60,104 nt of DNA, from positions 1 through 60,104 of the forward strand of contig JAFZIQ010000149.1 in assembly GCA_017554285.1 (NCBI GenBank), given 5' to 3'. The stretch's first letter is position 1; the number at the start of each line of letters is the position of its first letter. Below, one piece after another: positions 1 to 9,702 of this stretch. The notes under the pieces were generated by a model. It was given only the letters and a program-made list of their open reading frames with translations, had not been told where the DNA came from and made no database searches. This DNA comes from Selenomonadaceae bacterium. GTDB lineage: Bacteria > Bacillota > Negativicutes > Selenomonadales > Selenomonadaceae. The position numbers were made by a program, and so were the translations under genes.

Positions 1-17
1 TAATCCCTAATCCCTAA
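1..17. repeat. Heptamer array (TAATCCC x2), cut by the window edge
   Basis: TAATCCCTAATCCCTAA lies directly downstream of the fliF stop. Same vocabulary as the right arms at 57883-57902. Confidence 0.7.
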
Positions 18-23
18 GAAAAA

Positions 24-1796
24 TTATTCGTCCGAGATAATCCACATTTTTATAAGCCAAGCAACTTCTTCCGGTTTCTCGTTGATAAGTTTCAAGATAG
101 CCTCTTTTTCCATGAGAAGTCGTCTTTCTTCGGGCGTAAGATTATCTTCCTCAGTTTCTTCGTCGGATTCTTCGCCGTTTTCGCCCTTCATTGCTTTGGC
201 AACCATTTCGGCTTCGGCAGCGGCAGCCTCAGCAGCTTCAGCAGCGGCAAGTTGTTGCCGTTCTTCTTCAAGCCGTTTAACTTCTTCTTCAAGCCGTCGG
301 GCTTCTTCTTCCTTGCGCCGTTGTTCTTCTTCGGCTCGACGTTGTTCTTCTTCTTGGCGTCTTTTTTCTTCGCGAGCTTTTCTTTCCGCCGCAAGTTGTG
401 CCTCTATTGCCGCTTGACGCTCTTTGCGTTTTCTCCAGCGATACATGAGGAATCCGCCTAATATTAATGCCGCAAGTAAAATCATAGCCGCAATCTCCGT
501 ATAGAAAATTCTGTCTTTGCGTAATTGTTCAAGTCGTGCCTCTTCCGCCAATCTGTCTTTCAAATCGGTATTGAACGGCAACGGCTCAACCGATATTGTG
601 TCGCCGCGATCTTCATTTATGCCCGCCGCTGACCCTACCGCTCGCATAAGCCCTTCGCGTTGCAAGTCGGTTATTTCGTCGCTGACTAAAACGGCAACGG
701 TAAGGCGGCGAATTGAGCCCGGCGACGCTATGATTTTTTGATTCTCTTCATTGATTTCATAATTCCTTGTTGACTCTTTACGCTCGTATTCGGCATTGGC
801 ATTTCTGTCTTCGGCAACGTAGCCCGGTATATTGCTTTGAATACCCACGCCGCCGCCCGGGGCATTTGATTCGCCGCTGTAACTTTCGCTGATGTCCTGT
901 TGACTGCGAATAATGCCCGAATCGTCTACTACGGGCGTGAAGGTTTGACGATCTATTTTTCTGTCGTCAAAATCCAACTCGACGCTGACTCGCACGAAGG
1001 CATTTCCTACGCCGAGTGTTTTATCAAGCATGGTTTGAACATTTTGCTGAATATGGTCGCGGACTTTCTTTGTCATTTCTATTTGATTCAGCGTCCGCAA
1101 ATTCATCTGCATTTCTTTTTCTAAATCGTCATCTTCATTTTTGTTAAGAATATTGCCTTGCTCGTCGATGATTGTGATATTTTCGGGCGCGAGTCCTTGA
1201 ACGCTGTGGCTGACCAAATTCACAATGCCCTTAACTTCCGGCTTGGTTAATTCCGTCCCCGGTTTAAGCATAAGGAGGATTGATGCCGTTGCGGGCTTTT
1301 CATTTTTCTTATAAAGGCTGTCCTCCGGTAAAACTATATGAACACGCGCTTTATCAACCGTGCCCAAATGTTCGATTGTGCGAGTAAGTTCGCCCTGTAA
1401 TGCTTGGAGGTAATTTATTTTGTTTTGAAATTCGGTGACGCCCAACTTGCTGTCGTCGAAGAGTTCAAAACCTTTATTGCCGCGTGGCAAACCTGCCGAA
1501 GCCAATTCGAGTCGCAAATTGTGAACTTGATTGGCGGGTACCAAAATTGTCGCGCCCTTTTTATCCTCAACCAAATCGTAGGGAACACCGTTTTCCTTAA
1601 GGTTGTTCACAACGTCGCCGGCATCTTTCGTCTCCAAATTGGTATACAGCGGCACATAATCGGGCTTACTGCCGTACCAGAAACTGATTCCGATAAATGC
1701 AAGCGCAAGGGCAATGAGTCCGCCGATAAAACCGTATTTGCGTCTTTTGTCGAATCGGTTCCATATTTCACGAAGCCGCTCTCTCCAATTCGCCAA
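24..1796 (-). CDS. fliF: Flagellar M-ring protein FliF
   Basis: 590-aa ORF with an N-terminal TM (GFIGGLIALALAFIGISFW), a long periplasmic ring region and a second TM (IAAMILLAALILGGFLMY). It follows flgB-flgC-fliE in the canonical order. TTG start with an AAAGGA SD. The C-terminal helix EERRLLMEKEAILKLINEKPEEVAWLIKMW fits a FliG-binding tail. Confidence 0.93.
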   Translation of the reverse strand: MANWRERLREIWNRFDKRRKYGFIGGLIALALAFIGISFWYGSKPDYVPLYTNLETKDAGDVVNNLKENGVPYDLVEDKKGATILVPANQVHNLRLELASAGLPRGNKGFELFDDSKLGVTEFQNKINYLQALQGELTRTIEHLGTVDKARVHIVLPEDSLYKKNEKPATASILLMLKPGTELTKPEVKGIVNLVSHSVQGLAPENITIIDEQGNILNKNEDDDLEKEMQMNLRTLNQIEMTKKVRDHIQQNVQTMLDKTLGVGNAFVRVSVELDFDDRKIDRQTFTPVVDDSGIIRSQQDISESYSGESNAPGGGVGIQSNIPGYVAEDRNANAEYERKESTRNYEINEENQKIIASPGSIRRLTVAVLVSDEITDLQREGLMRAVGSAAGINEDRGDTISVEPLPFNTDLKDRLAEEARLEQLRKDRIFYTEIAAMILLAALILGGFLMYRWRKRKERQAAIEAQLAAERKAREEKRRQEEEQRRAEEEQRRKEEEARRLEEEVKRLEEERQQLAAAEAAEAAAAEAEMVAKAMKGENGEESDEETEEDNLTPEERRLLMEKEAILKLINEKPEEVAWLIKMWIISDE

Positions 1797-1814
1797 TAAA
1801 CTCAGTCCTTTCTA

Positions 1815-1876
1815 GGGGTCAGGGGTCAGGGGTCAGGAGCCAAGATTTTTCCCTAACACCTAACACCTGACACCTA
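1815..1876. repeat. Inverted heptamer-array hairpin between fliE and fliF
   Basis: GGGGTCA x3 plus GGAGCCA, loop AGATTTTT, then CCCTAAC ACCTAAC ACCTGAC ACC. The arms pair with one mismatch per repeat. The right arm overlaps the fliE stop. Confidence 0.8.
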
Positions 1877-2176
1877 CACTTGCATCCGCATGATTTCTTG
1901 ATATGCTGCTGTTGCACGATTCCGCAACTGAAGTGTTAATTGGAGCGCGATCTCCGCTTTTTGAGCCGCAACCACCACTTGAGATATATCTTCTATTCTG
2001 CCCGTTGCGAGTGCCGCATTCATTCTTCCCGATTCGAGTTCGAGTTCGTTTGTTTTTTTCAGAGCGTCAACCATAAATTCCCAGAAACTTTTAACCGGCT
2101 CTTCGATTTTGTTTTCGCCAATATGACTGTGTGCACTCATTTTTACGGGTGTCATTTCCAACGGCGTTATTTCCAT
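1874..2176 (-). CDS. fliE: Flagellar hook-basal body complex protein FliE
   Basis: 100 aa. The C-terminus (QLRNRATAAYQEIMRMQV) is typical of FliE. Position between flgC and fliF. Confidence 0.9.
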   Translation of the reverse strand: MEITPLEMTPVKMSAHSHIGENKIEEPVKSFWEFMVDALKKTNELELESGRMNAALATGRIEDISQVVVAAQKAEIALQLTLQLRNRATAAYQEIMRMQV

Positions 2177-2198
2177 CTTGTCACCTTCCTTTTTATTT

Positions 2199-2247
2199 GG
2201 GAATTAGGAATTGGGATTTAGGAATCAGTTCCTATTTTCCTATTTCC
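2199..2247. repeat. Inverted heptamer-array hairpin between flgC and fliE
   Basis: GGGAATT AGGAATT GGGATTT AGGAATC, then AGTTCCT ATTTTCCT ATTTCC. Overlaps the last codons of flgC. Confidence 0.8.
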
Positions 2248-2681
2248 AACGCTTTGGTCATCATAGCCTTAGCGGAATTTATTGCGGTTGAATTTGCCTC
2301 GTAAGCTCTCTGCGCGGTTATCATATCAACCATTTCGCTGACGATATTTACATTGGGCTTTTCAACGTAACCGGCGGCATTTGCATCCGGATGACCCGGA
2401 TCGTATACAAGCGGTCCCTGTTGGTCGTCTTCTTCAATGGCAACTGCGCGGACGCCTTCGCTGGTCTGTCGACTTATGCCGACTGCTCTTCTGAGAGTTC
2501 GTTCAAAACCTTTCGGCTCGCGGACTCGCGGCTCAAAAACTACGTAGCGTCGATGATAAGCTCCGCCGCGTTCGGTGCGAGTCGTATTTGCGTTGGCGAT
2601 ATTATTTGATATAACGTCCATTCGTAATCGCTCGGCAGTCAAGCCCGACGCCGAAGCATCAATCCCTAAAAACATTCCCAT
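2232..2681 (-). CDS. flgC: Flagellar basal-body rod protein FlgC
   Basis: 149 aa with the N-terminal rod motif SASGLTAERLRMDVISNNIANANTTRT and a C-terminal rod-family segment. Confidence 0.93.
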   Translation of the reverse strand: MGMFLGIDASASGLTAERLRMDVISNNIANANTTRTERGGAYHRRYVVFEPRVREPKGFERTLRRAVGISRQTSEGVRAVAIEEDDQQGPLVYDPGHPDANAAGYVEKPNVNIVSEMVDMITAQRAYEANSTAINSAKAMMTKALEIGK

Positions 2682-2699
2682 TCCTAATCCCTACTTCCC
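2673..2699. repeat. Single-arm heptamer array between flgB and flgC
   Basis: CATTCCC ATTCCTA ATCCCTA CTTCCC. On the coding (minus) strand it supplies the GGGATTAGGAATGGGAATG region containing the flgC start. Confidence 0.65.
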
Positions 2700-2704
2700 G
2701 GTTA

Positions 2705-3145
2705 TCATTGCCCGTTACTGGTGATTGAAGCTTTGAGGCGGCTGACATGCCCGCCGAATTCTGTAACAATAGCATTATAATAAAGCTGATTCTTCGCCAA
2801 AGACGCCATCTCAATATCAATGTCAACGTTGTTGTCGTCAACGCGCATGACCGTAGAATTATCTTGATTAATCGTCGGCTCGGCTCTGAAATCAAGCGGC
2901 ACGAAAGGCAAATGTTTATCGTGCGTCCTCTCCAACTTTAATTTGCCGTCCGATTCCTCGCCGTAAATTTCTCGCGCCAACAGCTCTTCAAATTCTACAC
3001 TCGATTTCCTGAAATTCGGCGTATTAACGTTTGCGATGTTATTCGCGATGATTTCCTGTCGAATATTTGCCGCCGTCATTGCTCGCGGCAGATAATTAAA
3101 ATTCGACGAGTTAAATATTTGTTCAAGCACGCCCGCTTCACTCAC
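2705..3145 (-). CDS. flgB: Flagellar basal-body rod protein FlgB
   Basis: 146 aa with the rod N-terminal motif (IIANNIANVNTPNFR). First gene of the flgB-flgC-fliE-fliF run. Confidence 0.9.
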   Translation of the reverse strand: MSEAGVLEQIFNSSNFNYLPRAMTAANIRQEIIANNIANVNTPNFRKSSVEFEELLAREIYGEESDGKLKLERTHDKHLPFVPLDFRAEPTINQDNSTVMRVDDNNVDIDIEMASLAKNQLYYNAIVTEFGGHVSRLKASITSNGQ

Positions 3146-3375
3146 CTTTCTGCGTTTTGCGATTCACCAATAAAATTTCTGAAAAAATCCTTCAGCGATT
3201 TTACAACATAAATTCCTTTTCTTCAACCTTGCGGCTAAAAATTGTCAATAAGCTTTTCAACAAAGTTTATGATTCCCCTTTTTGTTCCCGCAAAAAATTT
3301 TTAGCGGAAACGATTGACAAAGCTTTTGCCCTTGAATTATTGTTGACGCCAAGAATTTTTAAGGGAGGTTGCACG

Positions 3376-4269
3376 ATGAGAAAAATTTTGACGATAGACG
3401 TTGGCGGCACTTTCATTAAACATGCCGTCATGAGCGGAACGCGCTCTTTCAAAATCGCCGCGCAGAATAAAACTCCGACACCGAGAGACAGTCACGAAAG
3501 TTTTTTGGAGGCACTCGCCGATATTTTTAAAGCGAATGCCGACGTTGAAGGCATTGCAATTTCTATGCCCGGTCTTATCGACACTTTTAAAGGCATTTGC
3601 ATTTCCAGCGGTGCTTTGAATTTCAGTAACGGGCATTGTATCGCCGCTGAACTTCAAAATATCTGCGGCGTTCCCGTGACGGTCGAAAACGATGCCAACT
3701 GTGCGGCTCTTGCCGAAGTCAAATCGGGCAGTCTGACTGACGTTAAGGACGCCTTTGTCTTGGTCTTCGGGACTTCGGTCGGCGGCGCGTTCATTCATAA
3801 CAAAGAAATTTATCGCGGTGCTCACTTCTGCGCGGGCGAAATCGCTCCGACTTTCCAAAATGTCAACTTGGAAATTGATGAAAAAAATACTTATCACTAC
3901 GCCTTGAGCGCAGTTGTTTTCCAAAAAAAATGTGCGGAGGTATTGAATATGCCGCCGGAAGAAGTTACGGGCGAAATGATTTTTGATTTGATTGAAGAAA
4001 ATGATGACGTCATGCTTGATGAACTTTACAAATATGCTCACGGCGTGGCGATTAAAATTTTTAATCTGCAAATGCTGTTCGACCCCGAACGATTCGCATT
4101 GGGCGGCGGTATCAGCGCAAGGCAAAGTTTTATCGACGCCGTACAAGATAAACTCGATGAAATCTGCAAGATTTCTTTTGATTATCTGCCGCGTCCGCAA
4201 ATCGTCGCCTGCAAATATCATAATGAAGCAAATTTATTCGGAGCATTGTATCGTTACTTGAAGAAGTGA
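3376..4269 (+). CDS. ROK family sugar kinase/regulator-like protein
   Basis: Real start judged to be ATG 3376 (MRKILTIDVGGTFIKH) behind a GGGAGG SD. It carries an ASKHA phosphate-1 motif DVGGT and the ROK-like motif VENDANCAALAE. The ORF-track extension from 3157 has no RBS. Confidence 0.75.
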   Translation: MRKILTIDVGGTFIKHAVMSGTRSFKIAAQNKTPTPRDSHESFLEALADIFKANADVEGIAISMPGLIDTFKGICISSGALNFSNGHCIAAELQNICGVPVTVENDANCAALAEVKSGSLTDVKDAFVLVFGTSVGGAFIHNKEIYRGAHFCAGEIAPTFQNVNLEIDEKNTYHYALSAVVFQKKCAEVLNMPPEEVTGEMIFDLIEENDDVMLDELYKYAHGVAIKIFNLQMLFDPERFALGGGISARQSFIDAVQDKLDEICKISFDYLPRPQIVACKYHNEANLFGALYRYLKK

Positions 4270-4282
4270 AGGAGCCTTTCCC

Positions 4283-5344
4283 TTGATAAAACTTTTGGGC
4301 ATAGAAAAAATTTATGACAGTCCGTCGGGCAAAGTCCATGCGCTTAAAGGTATTGACTTGGAAATTGCTCGCGGGGAAATTTACGGGATAATCGGGTTAA
4401 GCGGCGCAGGTAAATCTACGCTCGTTCGCTGTATTAATATGCTTGAACGTCCGACGGCGGGCAAAGTTTTCGTTGACGGACAAGATATGACGACTCTCAG
4501 TGAAAGTGAATTGCGGGCGGCGCGTAAAAATATCGGAATGATTTTTCAGCATTTTAATTTGCTAAGCTCGGCGACCGTTTACGATAACATTGCCTTTCCG
4601 CTGAAATTATCGGGCATGAGTTCAACCGATATTCAAAAAAAAGTTCGACCGCTCCTTGAACTGGTCGGACTTAAGGATAAAGCAAATCAATATCCGTCAC
4701 AACTCAGCGGCGGGCAAAAACAGCGTGTCGGCATCGCCCGCGCTTTGGCAAGCGACCCAAAAATTTTGCTTTGCGACGAAGCAACTTCCGCGCTCGACCC
4801 GCAGACAACCAAATCTATCTTGGATTTAATCAAAGTCATCAATAAAAATCTTTCGCTGACTGTCGTCGTCATTACGCACGAAATGCAAGTTATCAAGGAA
4901 CTTTGCGACAAAGTGGCGGTTATCAGCGACGGCATAATTGCGGAGCGCGGCTCGGTGCTTGACGTGTTCACAAATCCCCGTCATGCAATAACTAAGGAAT
5001 TTATCAGCGTCTTGTTATCGAATGAATTGCCCGCCGCATTCAGAGGCAATGAAATTTCTCAAGACAAGACGCCCGGCAGTTTTCTTCTCTTGCGATTAAT
5101 TTTTCTCGGCGACAAAGCCGACGATCCTGTTCTTGCAAAGATGATTCGGAATTGCACGGGGCTTGAATGCACAATGCTTTTCGGCAATCTTGATGAAATT
5201 CACGGCGTACCTTTCGGGCGATTTATTATCGGCTTGAGCGGCGAAGATGACGCGATTAATAACGCGCTGAGCTTTCTTGGCGGCGAAGATGTTCGAGTGG
5301 AGGTGATTGGCTATGTTCGCAGAAATTCTGCCGTTGTTGAGTAA
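4283..5344 (+). CDS. metN: Methionine ABC transporter ATP-binding protein MetN
   Basis: Walker A GLSGAGKST, ABC signature LSGGQKQRVGIARAL and a C-terminal NIL-like domain. Followed by a MetI-type permease. Confidence 0.88.
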   Translation: MIKLLGIEKIYDSPSGKVHALKGIDLEIARGEIYGIIGLSGAGKSTLVRCINMLERPTAGKVFVDGQDMTTLSESELRAARKNIGMIFQHFNLLSSATVYDNIAFPLKLSGMSSTDIQKKVRPLLELVGLKDKANQYPSQLSGGQKQRVGIARALASDPKILLCDEATSALDPQTTKSILDLIKVINKNLSLTVVVITHEMQVIKELCDKVAVISDGIIAERGSVLDVFTNPRHAITKEFISVLLSNELPAAFRGNEISQDKTPGSFLLLRLIFLGDKADDPVLAKMIRNCTGLECTMLFGNLDEIHGVPFGRFIIGLSGEDDAINNALSFLGGEDVRVEVIGYVRRNSAVVE

Positions 5345-5966
5345 AGCATTGGGCGAAACGATTTATATGGTCGTCGTGAGTATGGCAATCGCCTCTGCAA
5401 TCGGAGTGCCGCTCGGAGTTTTTCTCCACACGACGGCTAAAGGACAAATCCTTGAAAATATTTTTATCAATCAGGCAATCGGCTCGGTCGTCAACGCGAT
5501 ACGTTCAATCCCGTTTATAATTTTGATGGTTGCGATAATCCCGTTCACAAGATTTTTGGTCGGCAGTGCAATAGGAACGACGGCGGCAATCGTCCCGTTG
5601 GTCATTGCGTCGATACCGTTTATCGGGCGGCAAGTCGAAACGTCGCTTAAAGAAGTTCCGTCGGGCTTGGTCGAAGCGGCGTTGGCAATGGGTGCAACTC
5701 CCGCGCAGATTATAACGAAAGTTTTATTGCCCGAAGCCATGCCCGGTATAGTTTCGCAGTTGACGACGGTAATAATCGCGCTTGTCGGAGAATCGGCAAT
5801 GGCGGGAGCAATCGGCGGCGGCGGACTCGGAGATTTGGCAATTCGTTACGGCTATCAAAGATTCAGACCCGAAGTAATGTTGGCAACGGTCGTTGTGTTG
5901 ATAGTTTTGGTTCAGCTCGTGCAATTCGCCGGCAATACGTTAGCCAAGAAACTTGATAAGCGTTGA
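5313..5966 (+). CDS. metI: Methionine ABC transporter permease MetI
   Basis: Polytopic permease with an EAA-like loop (EAALAMGATPAQIITKVLLPEA). ATG 5313 lies behind a GGAGG SD and overlaps the metN 3' end. Confidence 0.85.
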   Translation: MFAEILPLLSKALGETIYMVVVSMAIASAIGVPLGVFLHTTAKGQILENIFINQAIGSVVNAIRSIPFIILMVAIIPFTRFLVGSAIGTTAAIVPLVIASIPFIGRQVETSLKEVPSGLVEAALAMGATPAQIITKVLLPEAMPGIVSQLTTVIIALVGESAMAGAIGGGGLGDLAIRYGYQRFRPEVMLATVVVLIVLVQLVQFAGNTLAKKLDKR

Positions 5967-6023
5967 CAGTTAAGATTAAAAGTGATAAGTTAGCAAAAAA
6001 TTTTTTTAAAGCGAGGTATAAGA

Positions 6024-7211
6024 ATGCGCAGAATGTTATTTACATCGGAATCCGTGACGGAGGGGCATCCCGATAAAGTTGCGGACAGAATTTCAGACAG
6101 CATATTGGACGCAATCTTAGAACAAGACCCGATGGGGCGTGTCGCTTGCGAAACATTGGTAACGACGGGGCAAGCTCACGTTGTCGGAGAAATTTCTACG
6201 ACTTGTTACGTTGACATTGCCAAAATAATTCGGACGGCGATTCGCGACATTGGCTATACCGATTCGGCTTACGGTTTCGACGCCGATACTGTCGGAGTAT
6301 TGATTTCTCTTGATGAACAATCGCCCGATATTGCGCAAGGCGTCAACAAATCGATTGAGGCTCGCGAAGGCGATATGGCGATTGAAGACGCAATCGGCGC
6401 GGGAGATCAAGGCATGATGTTCGGCTACGCGACCAATGAAACGCCCGAATATATGCCGTTGCCTATTTCTTTGGCGCACAAATTGGCGCGTCGTCTTGCC
6501 GAAGTTCGCAAAGTCACTAAGGAAGTAAATTATCTTCGCCCCGACGGCAAAACTCAAGTCACGATTGCCTATGAAGGTCGCAAGCCCGTTGCTGTCGAGA
6601 CCGTTGTTATTTCTACTCAACACAATCCCGACGTTACACTTGAGCAGATTAAAAAGGACATGATTGAATATGTCATTAAGCCCGTAGTACCTGCGGAACT
6701 TTTGACTGCCGAGACGAAATATTTTGTGAATCCGACGGGCAAATTTGTTATCGGAGGGCCTCAAGGCGACAGCGGCTTGACTGGCAGAAAAATTATCGTC
6801 GACACTTACGGCGGCCGGGCGCGTCACGGCGGCGGAGCTTTCAGCGGTAAAGACCCGACAAAAGTTGACAGGAGCGCGGCTTATGCGGCTCGTTACGTTG
6901 CGAAAAATATCGTAGCGGCAGGGCTTGCCGACGAATGCGAGATTCAGCTTGCATATGCAATCGGCGTGGCTTATCCGGTATCGGTTCGCGTTGAGAGTTT
7001 CGGAACGGCTAAAGTTGATGAAGAGCTTATCGAGAAACTTGTTAAAGAGAATTTTGACTTGCGCCCCGCAGGAATTATTAAAATGCTTGACTTGCGCCGC
7101 CCGATTTACAAAGCGACTTCGGCATACGGGCATTTCGGCAGGACGGACGCAGATTTTACTTGGGAACGTACAGATAAAGCCGACATTCTGAGAAAAGCGG
7201 CAGGACTTTGA
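6024..7211 (+). CDS. metK: S-adenosylmethionine synthetase
   Basis: [20 protein letters not shown] and [12 protein letters not shown] motifs, plus full-length MetK-like sequence. Confidence 0.97.
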   Translation: MRRMLFTSESVTEGHPDKVADRISDSILDAILEQDPMGRVACETLVTTGQAHVVGEISTTCYVDIAKIIRTAIRDIGYTDSAYGFDADTVGVLISLDEQSPDIAQGVNKSIEAREGDMAIEDAIGAGDQGMMFGYATNETPEYMPLPISLAHKLARRLAEVRKVTKEVNYLRPDGKTQVTIAYEGRKPVAVETVVISTQHNPDVTLEQIKKDMIEYVIKPVVPAELLTAETKYFVNPTGKFVIGGPQGDSGLTGRKIIVDTYGGRARHGGGAFSGKDPTKVDRSAAYAARYVAKNIVAAGLADECEIQLAYAIGVAYPVSVRVESFGTAKVDEELIEKLVKENFDLRPAGIIKMLDLRRPIYKATSAYGHFGRTDADFTWERTDKADILRKAAGL

Positions 7212-7225
7212 GATAAAAATTTTTT

Positions 7226-7262
7226 AGCTTGTGCAAAGAAATTTGCACGGGCTTTTTTTTTG
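7226..7262 (+). terminator. Intrinsic terminator after metK
   Basis: Stem GTGCAAA / TTTGCAC (7231-7248) followed by a run of about 10 T. Confidence 0.7.
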
Positions 7263-7310
7263 GTTATAATGGTAGAAAAAATTTTGGGAGTGATTCGATT
7301 GGCAAGGGAA

Positions 7311-8822
7311 ATGATATTGGTATTGGATTTCGGCGGGCAATACAATCAGCTGATAGCTCGGCGCGTCCGCGAGAACAATGTTTATTGCGAAGTTCATACG
7401 GCATTAAGCATTGAAAAGATTCGCGCTCTTAATCCTGTCGGAATAATTTTGACGGGCGGACCTCAAAGCGTTTACGAAAAAGATTCGCTCCTGCCTCCGA
7501 TTGAGATTTTCGATATGAATATTCCCGTAATGGGAATTTGCTACGGCGCACAGGCAATGGCGAAGATTTTGGGCGGCGAAGTTAAACCTACGCGGGTCAG
7601 CGAATACGGCAAGACCGAGATTGAAACTTCGGGCGAGTCGAAACTTTTTAAGGGCGTCGAAAAGAAATCCGTCGCGTGGATGAGCCACACCGACAGAATT
7701 TTTACTGCGCCCGATAATTTTACCGTGACTGCCGAGACTAAAGATTGTCCGATTGCCGCAATGGAAAATCCCGCCAAGAATTTTTATGCCGTGCAATTTC
7801 ACCCCGAAGTTGTTCACACGGTTGAGGGCATGAAGATTTTTTCAAACTTCGTGGACATATGCGGTTGCGCCCGTGATTGGAAAATGTCTTCGTTCGTAGT
7901 CGACACGATTAACAACCTCAAAAATAAAATCGGCGGCGGCAAAGTTTTATGTGCATTGAGCGGCGGCGTTGATTCGAGCGTTGCGGCTTGTCTGTTGAGT
8001 AAGGCGGTCGGCAAAAATTTAACTTGCGTATTCGTGGATCACGGGCTCCTTCGCAAGAACGAGGCGGCTGAGGTTGAAGAAGTTTTCGGCAAATTTGATT
8101 TGAATTTTATCAAGGTCGACGCGGGCGAAAGATTTTTAAGCAAATTAAAAGGCGTCGTCGAGCCGGAACGCAAGCGCAAAATCATCGGCGAAGAATTTAT
8201 CCGCGTGTTTGAGGAAGTCAGCAAAAAAATCGGCGCGGTTGATTATCTGGTTCAAGGCACGATTTATCCCGACGTTATCGAGAGCGGGCTTGGCAAATCT
8301 GCCGTGATTAAATCTCATCATAACGTTGGCGGCTTGCCCGATTTCGTAGACTTCAAGGAGATTGTGGAGCCGTTGCGTTTGCTGTTCAAAGATGAAGTTC
8401 GTCAAGCGGGGCGCGAATTGGGCTTGCCCGAAAATATTGTAAGTCGTCAACCTTTTCCGGGACCGGGCTTGGGAATTCGGATTATCGGCGAAGTCACGGC
8501 TGAAAAAGTTAAAATAGTTCAAGACGCCGACGCCATTTATCGCGAAGAAATTGCCAAAGCGGGCATAAAAAATTTATCGCAATACTTCGCGGCGTTGACA
8601 AATATGCGTTCGGTCGGTGTTATGGGCGACGGGCGAACTTATGATTTTGCGATTGCTCTCCGCGCAGTTTTGACGAGCGATTTCATGACGGCGGAAGCGG
8701 CGCAAATTCCTTTTGAAGTCTTAAACGTCGTCGCTAATCGCATAGTCAACGAGGTTAAAGGCGTTAATCGCGTTCTTTACGATTGCACGAGCAAGCCGCC
8801 CGCCACGATTGAATTTGAATAA
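7311..8822 (+). CDS. guaA: GMP synthase (glutamine-hydrolysing)
   Basis: GATase part ([28 protein letters not shown]) and PP-loop SGGVDSSV. The start at ATG 7311 lies downstream of the metK terminator. The ORF-track start 7260 lies inside the T-run. Confidence 0.96.
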   Translation: MILVLDFGGQYNQLIARRVRENNVYCEVHTALSIEKIRALNPVGIILTGGPQSVYEKDSLLPPIEIFDMNIPVMGICYGAQAMAKILGGEVKPTRVSEYGKTEIETSGESKLFKGVEKKSVAWMSHTDRIFTAPDNFTVTAETKDCPIAAMENPAKNFYAVQFHPEVVHTVEGMKIFSNFVDICGCARDWKMSSFVVDTINNLKNKIGGGKVLCALSGGVDSSVAACLLSKAVGKNLTCVFVDHGLLRKNEAAEVEEVFGKFDLNFIKVDAGERFLSKLKGVVEPERKRKIIGEEFIRVFEEVSKKIGAVDYLVQGTIYPDVIESGLGKSAVIKSHHNVGGLPDFVDFKEIVEPLRLLFKDEVRQAGRELGLPENIVSRQPFPGPGLGIRIIGEVTAEKVKIVQDADAIYREEIAKAGIKNLSQYFAALTNMRSVGVMGDGRTYDFAIALRAVLTSDFMTAEAAQIPFEVLNVVANRIVNEVKGVNRVLYDCTSKPPATIEFE

Positions 8823-8834
8823 GGAAGTGTTCAG

Positions 8835-9653
8835 ATGAGTCCGAGAATCGGGCATATAAATTTTTTGAACGTCTTGCCGCTGAATTACGGCTATCAACAC
8901 ACCGCGCAGGATTTGAAGATTATTTACGGCGTCCCGACTTTTTTAAACGGCGAACTTAGAGCGGGGCGAATCGACCTGAGCAATATTTCTTCGATTGAAT
9001 ATGCCAAACAGAGCGACGAACTTTTGATTCTGCCTGAAATTTGCGTCCGCGCAGATGAAGACGTTACGAGTATCATTTTGATTTCGCGCAAGCCGATTGA
9101 AAATCTGCGCGATGATAAAATTATTTTAACGTCGAAATCGGCAACCGCTCAATGTCTGCTTAAAATTATTTTGCATGAAGGTTACGACGCCGCTCCGAAT
9201 TACGAGACGCGAACGGTTAAAGTTGAAAATCCCGTTGATGACGATGCGACTGCCGCGCTTTTAATCGGCGATGATGCGCTTTATGTTTATCTTAATCGTC
9301 CGAAAAATTTTTATGTATATGATTTGGGCAGGGAATGGCATAAACTCACGGGGCGGCAAATGGTTTATGCGTTATGGGCTGTCAGAAAAAATTTTAACGA
9401 GCCTTTGAAATCGACGTATGAAAAAATTATTCGAGCCTTTCGATTCGGCATTGAAAATAAAACTGCCGCGATAAAATCTGTGCTGTCGACCAAGCCTTTC
9501 AGCTTTGAAGAATTGGATAAATATTTGGGCGGCGTCATTAAATGGGATTTGACGGCGGAGGCTTTGGAGGCTTTGAAACTTTACTATCAGAAGGCTTACG
9601 AATTGAATTTGATTGACAAAGAACCTGTATTGGAATTCATTGACATTAAATAA
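8835..9653 (+). CDS. MqnA-like protein (futalosine-pathway menaquinone biosynthesis, chorismate dehydratase family)
   Basis: 272 aa. The N-terminus IGHINFLNVLPLNYG and the overall periplasmic-binding-like pattern resemble the MqnA/MqnD family. Recognised from memory only. Confidence 0.55.
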   Translation: MSPRIGHINFLNVLPLNYGYQHTAQDLKIIYGVPTFLNGELRAGRIDLSNISSIEYAKQSDELLILPEICVRADEDVTSIILISRKPIENLRDDKIILTSKSATAQCLLKIILHEGYDAAPNYETRTVKVENPVDDDATAALLIGDDALYVYLNRPKNFYVYDLGREWHKLTGRQMVYALWAVRKNFNEPLKSTYEKIIRAFRFGIENKTAAIKSVLSTKPFSFEELDKYLGGVIKWDLTAEALEALKLYYQKAYELNLIDKEPVLEFIDIK

Positions 9654-9690
9654 AAAAATTACCCGCCGATTATCCGACGGGTTTTTTTAT
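9652..9690. terminator. Bidirectional intrinsic terminator between convergent genes
   Basis: A-run, then hairpin ACCCGCCG...CGACGGGT, then T-run. Located between the stop of the + gene (9653) and the stop of the - gene (9703). Confidence 0.65.
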
Positions 9691-9702
9691 TCCTAAAAAT
9701 TT

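Noticed and set aside
82-461. Ser-rich, Phe-rich and Lys-rich ORFs at 82-417(+), 252-461(+) and 188-394(-).
   Set aside because: They are alternative readings of the GAA/GAG/CGN-rich DNA that encodes the charged FliF insertion, not independent genes.
1815-1876. Considered whether the heptamer arrays could be a CRISPR array.
   Set aside because: The unit length is 7 nt with no spacers, the arrays are only 20-90 nt long and inverted, and no cas genes are present. They are not CRISPR.
3157-3375. N-terminal extensions in the ORF track: 3157 for the ROK gene, 7260 for guaA, 19717 for the fusion lipoprotein, 34188 for flagellin 1, 44059 for trxB and 20765 for tolC.
   Set aside because: Internal ATG codons with good SD sequences give N-termini that match the protein families. 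The extensions cross terminators, leaders or upstream genes.
3337-4221. Long antisense ORFs opposite well-supported genes, e.g. 3337-4221(-), 6117-7133(-), 7404-7817(-), 19873-20439(-), 42356-43216(-), 47021-47716(+), 49313-50032(+) and 35115-35825(-).
   Set aside because: Each lies entirely inside a gene with clear family motifs on the other strand. They have no RBS and have biased, low-complexity translations. They are typical shadow ORFs.
5967-6023. Looked for a SAM riboswitch or T-box upstream of metN, metI and metK.
   Set aside because: The spacers are only 13-57 nt and lack the SAM-I/S-box or T-box conserved elements.
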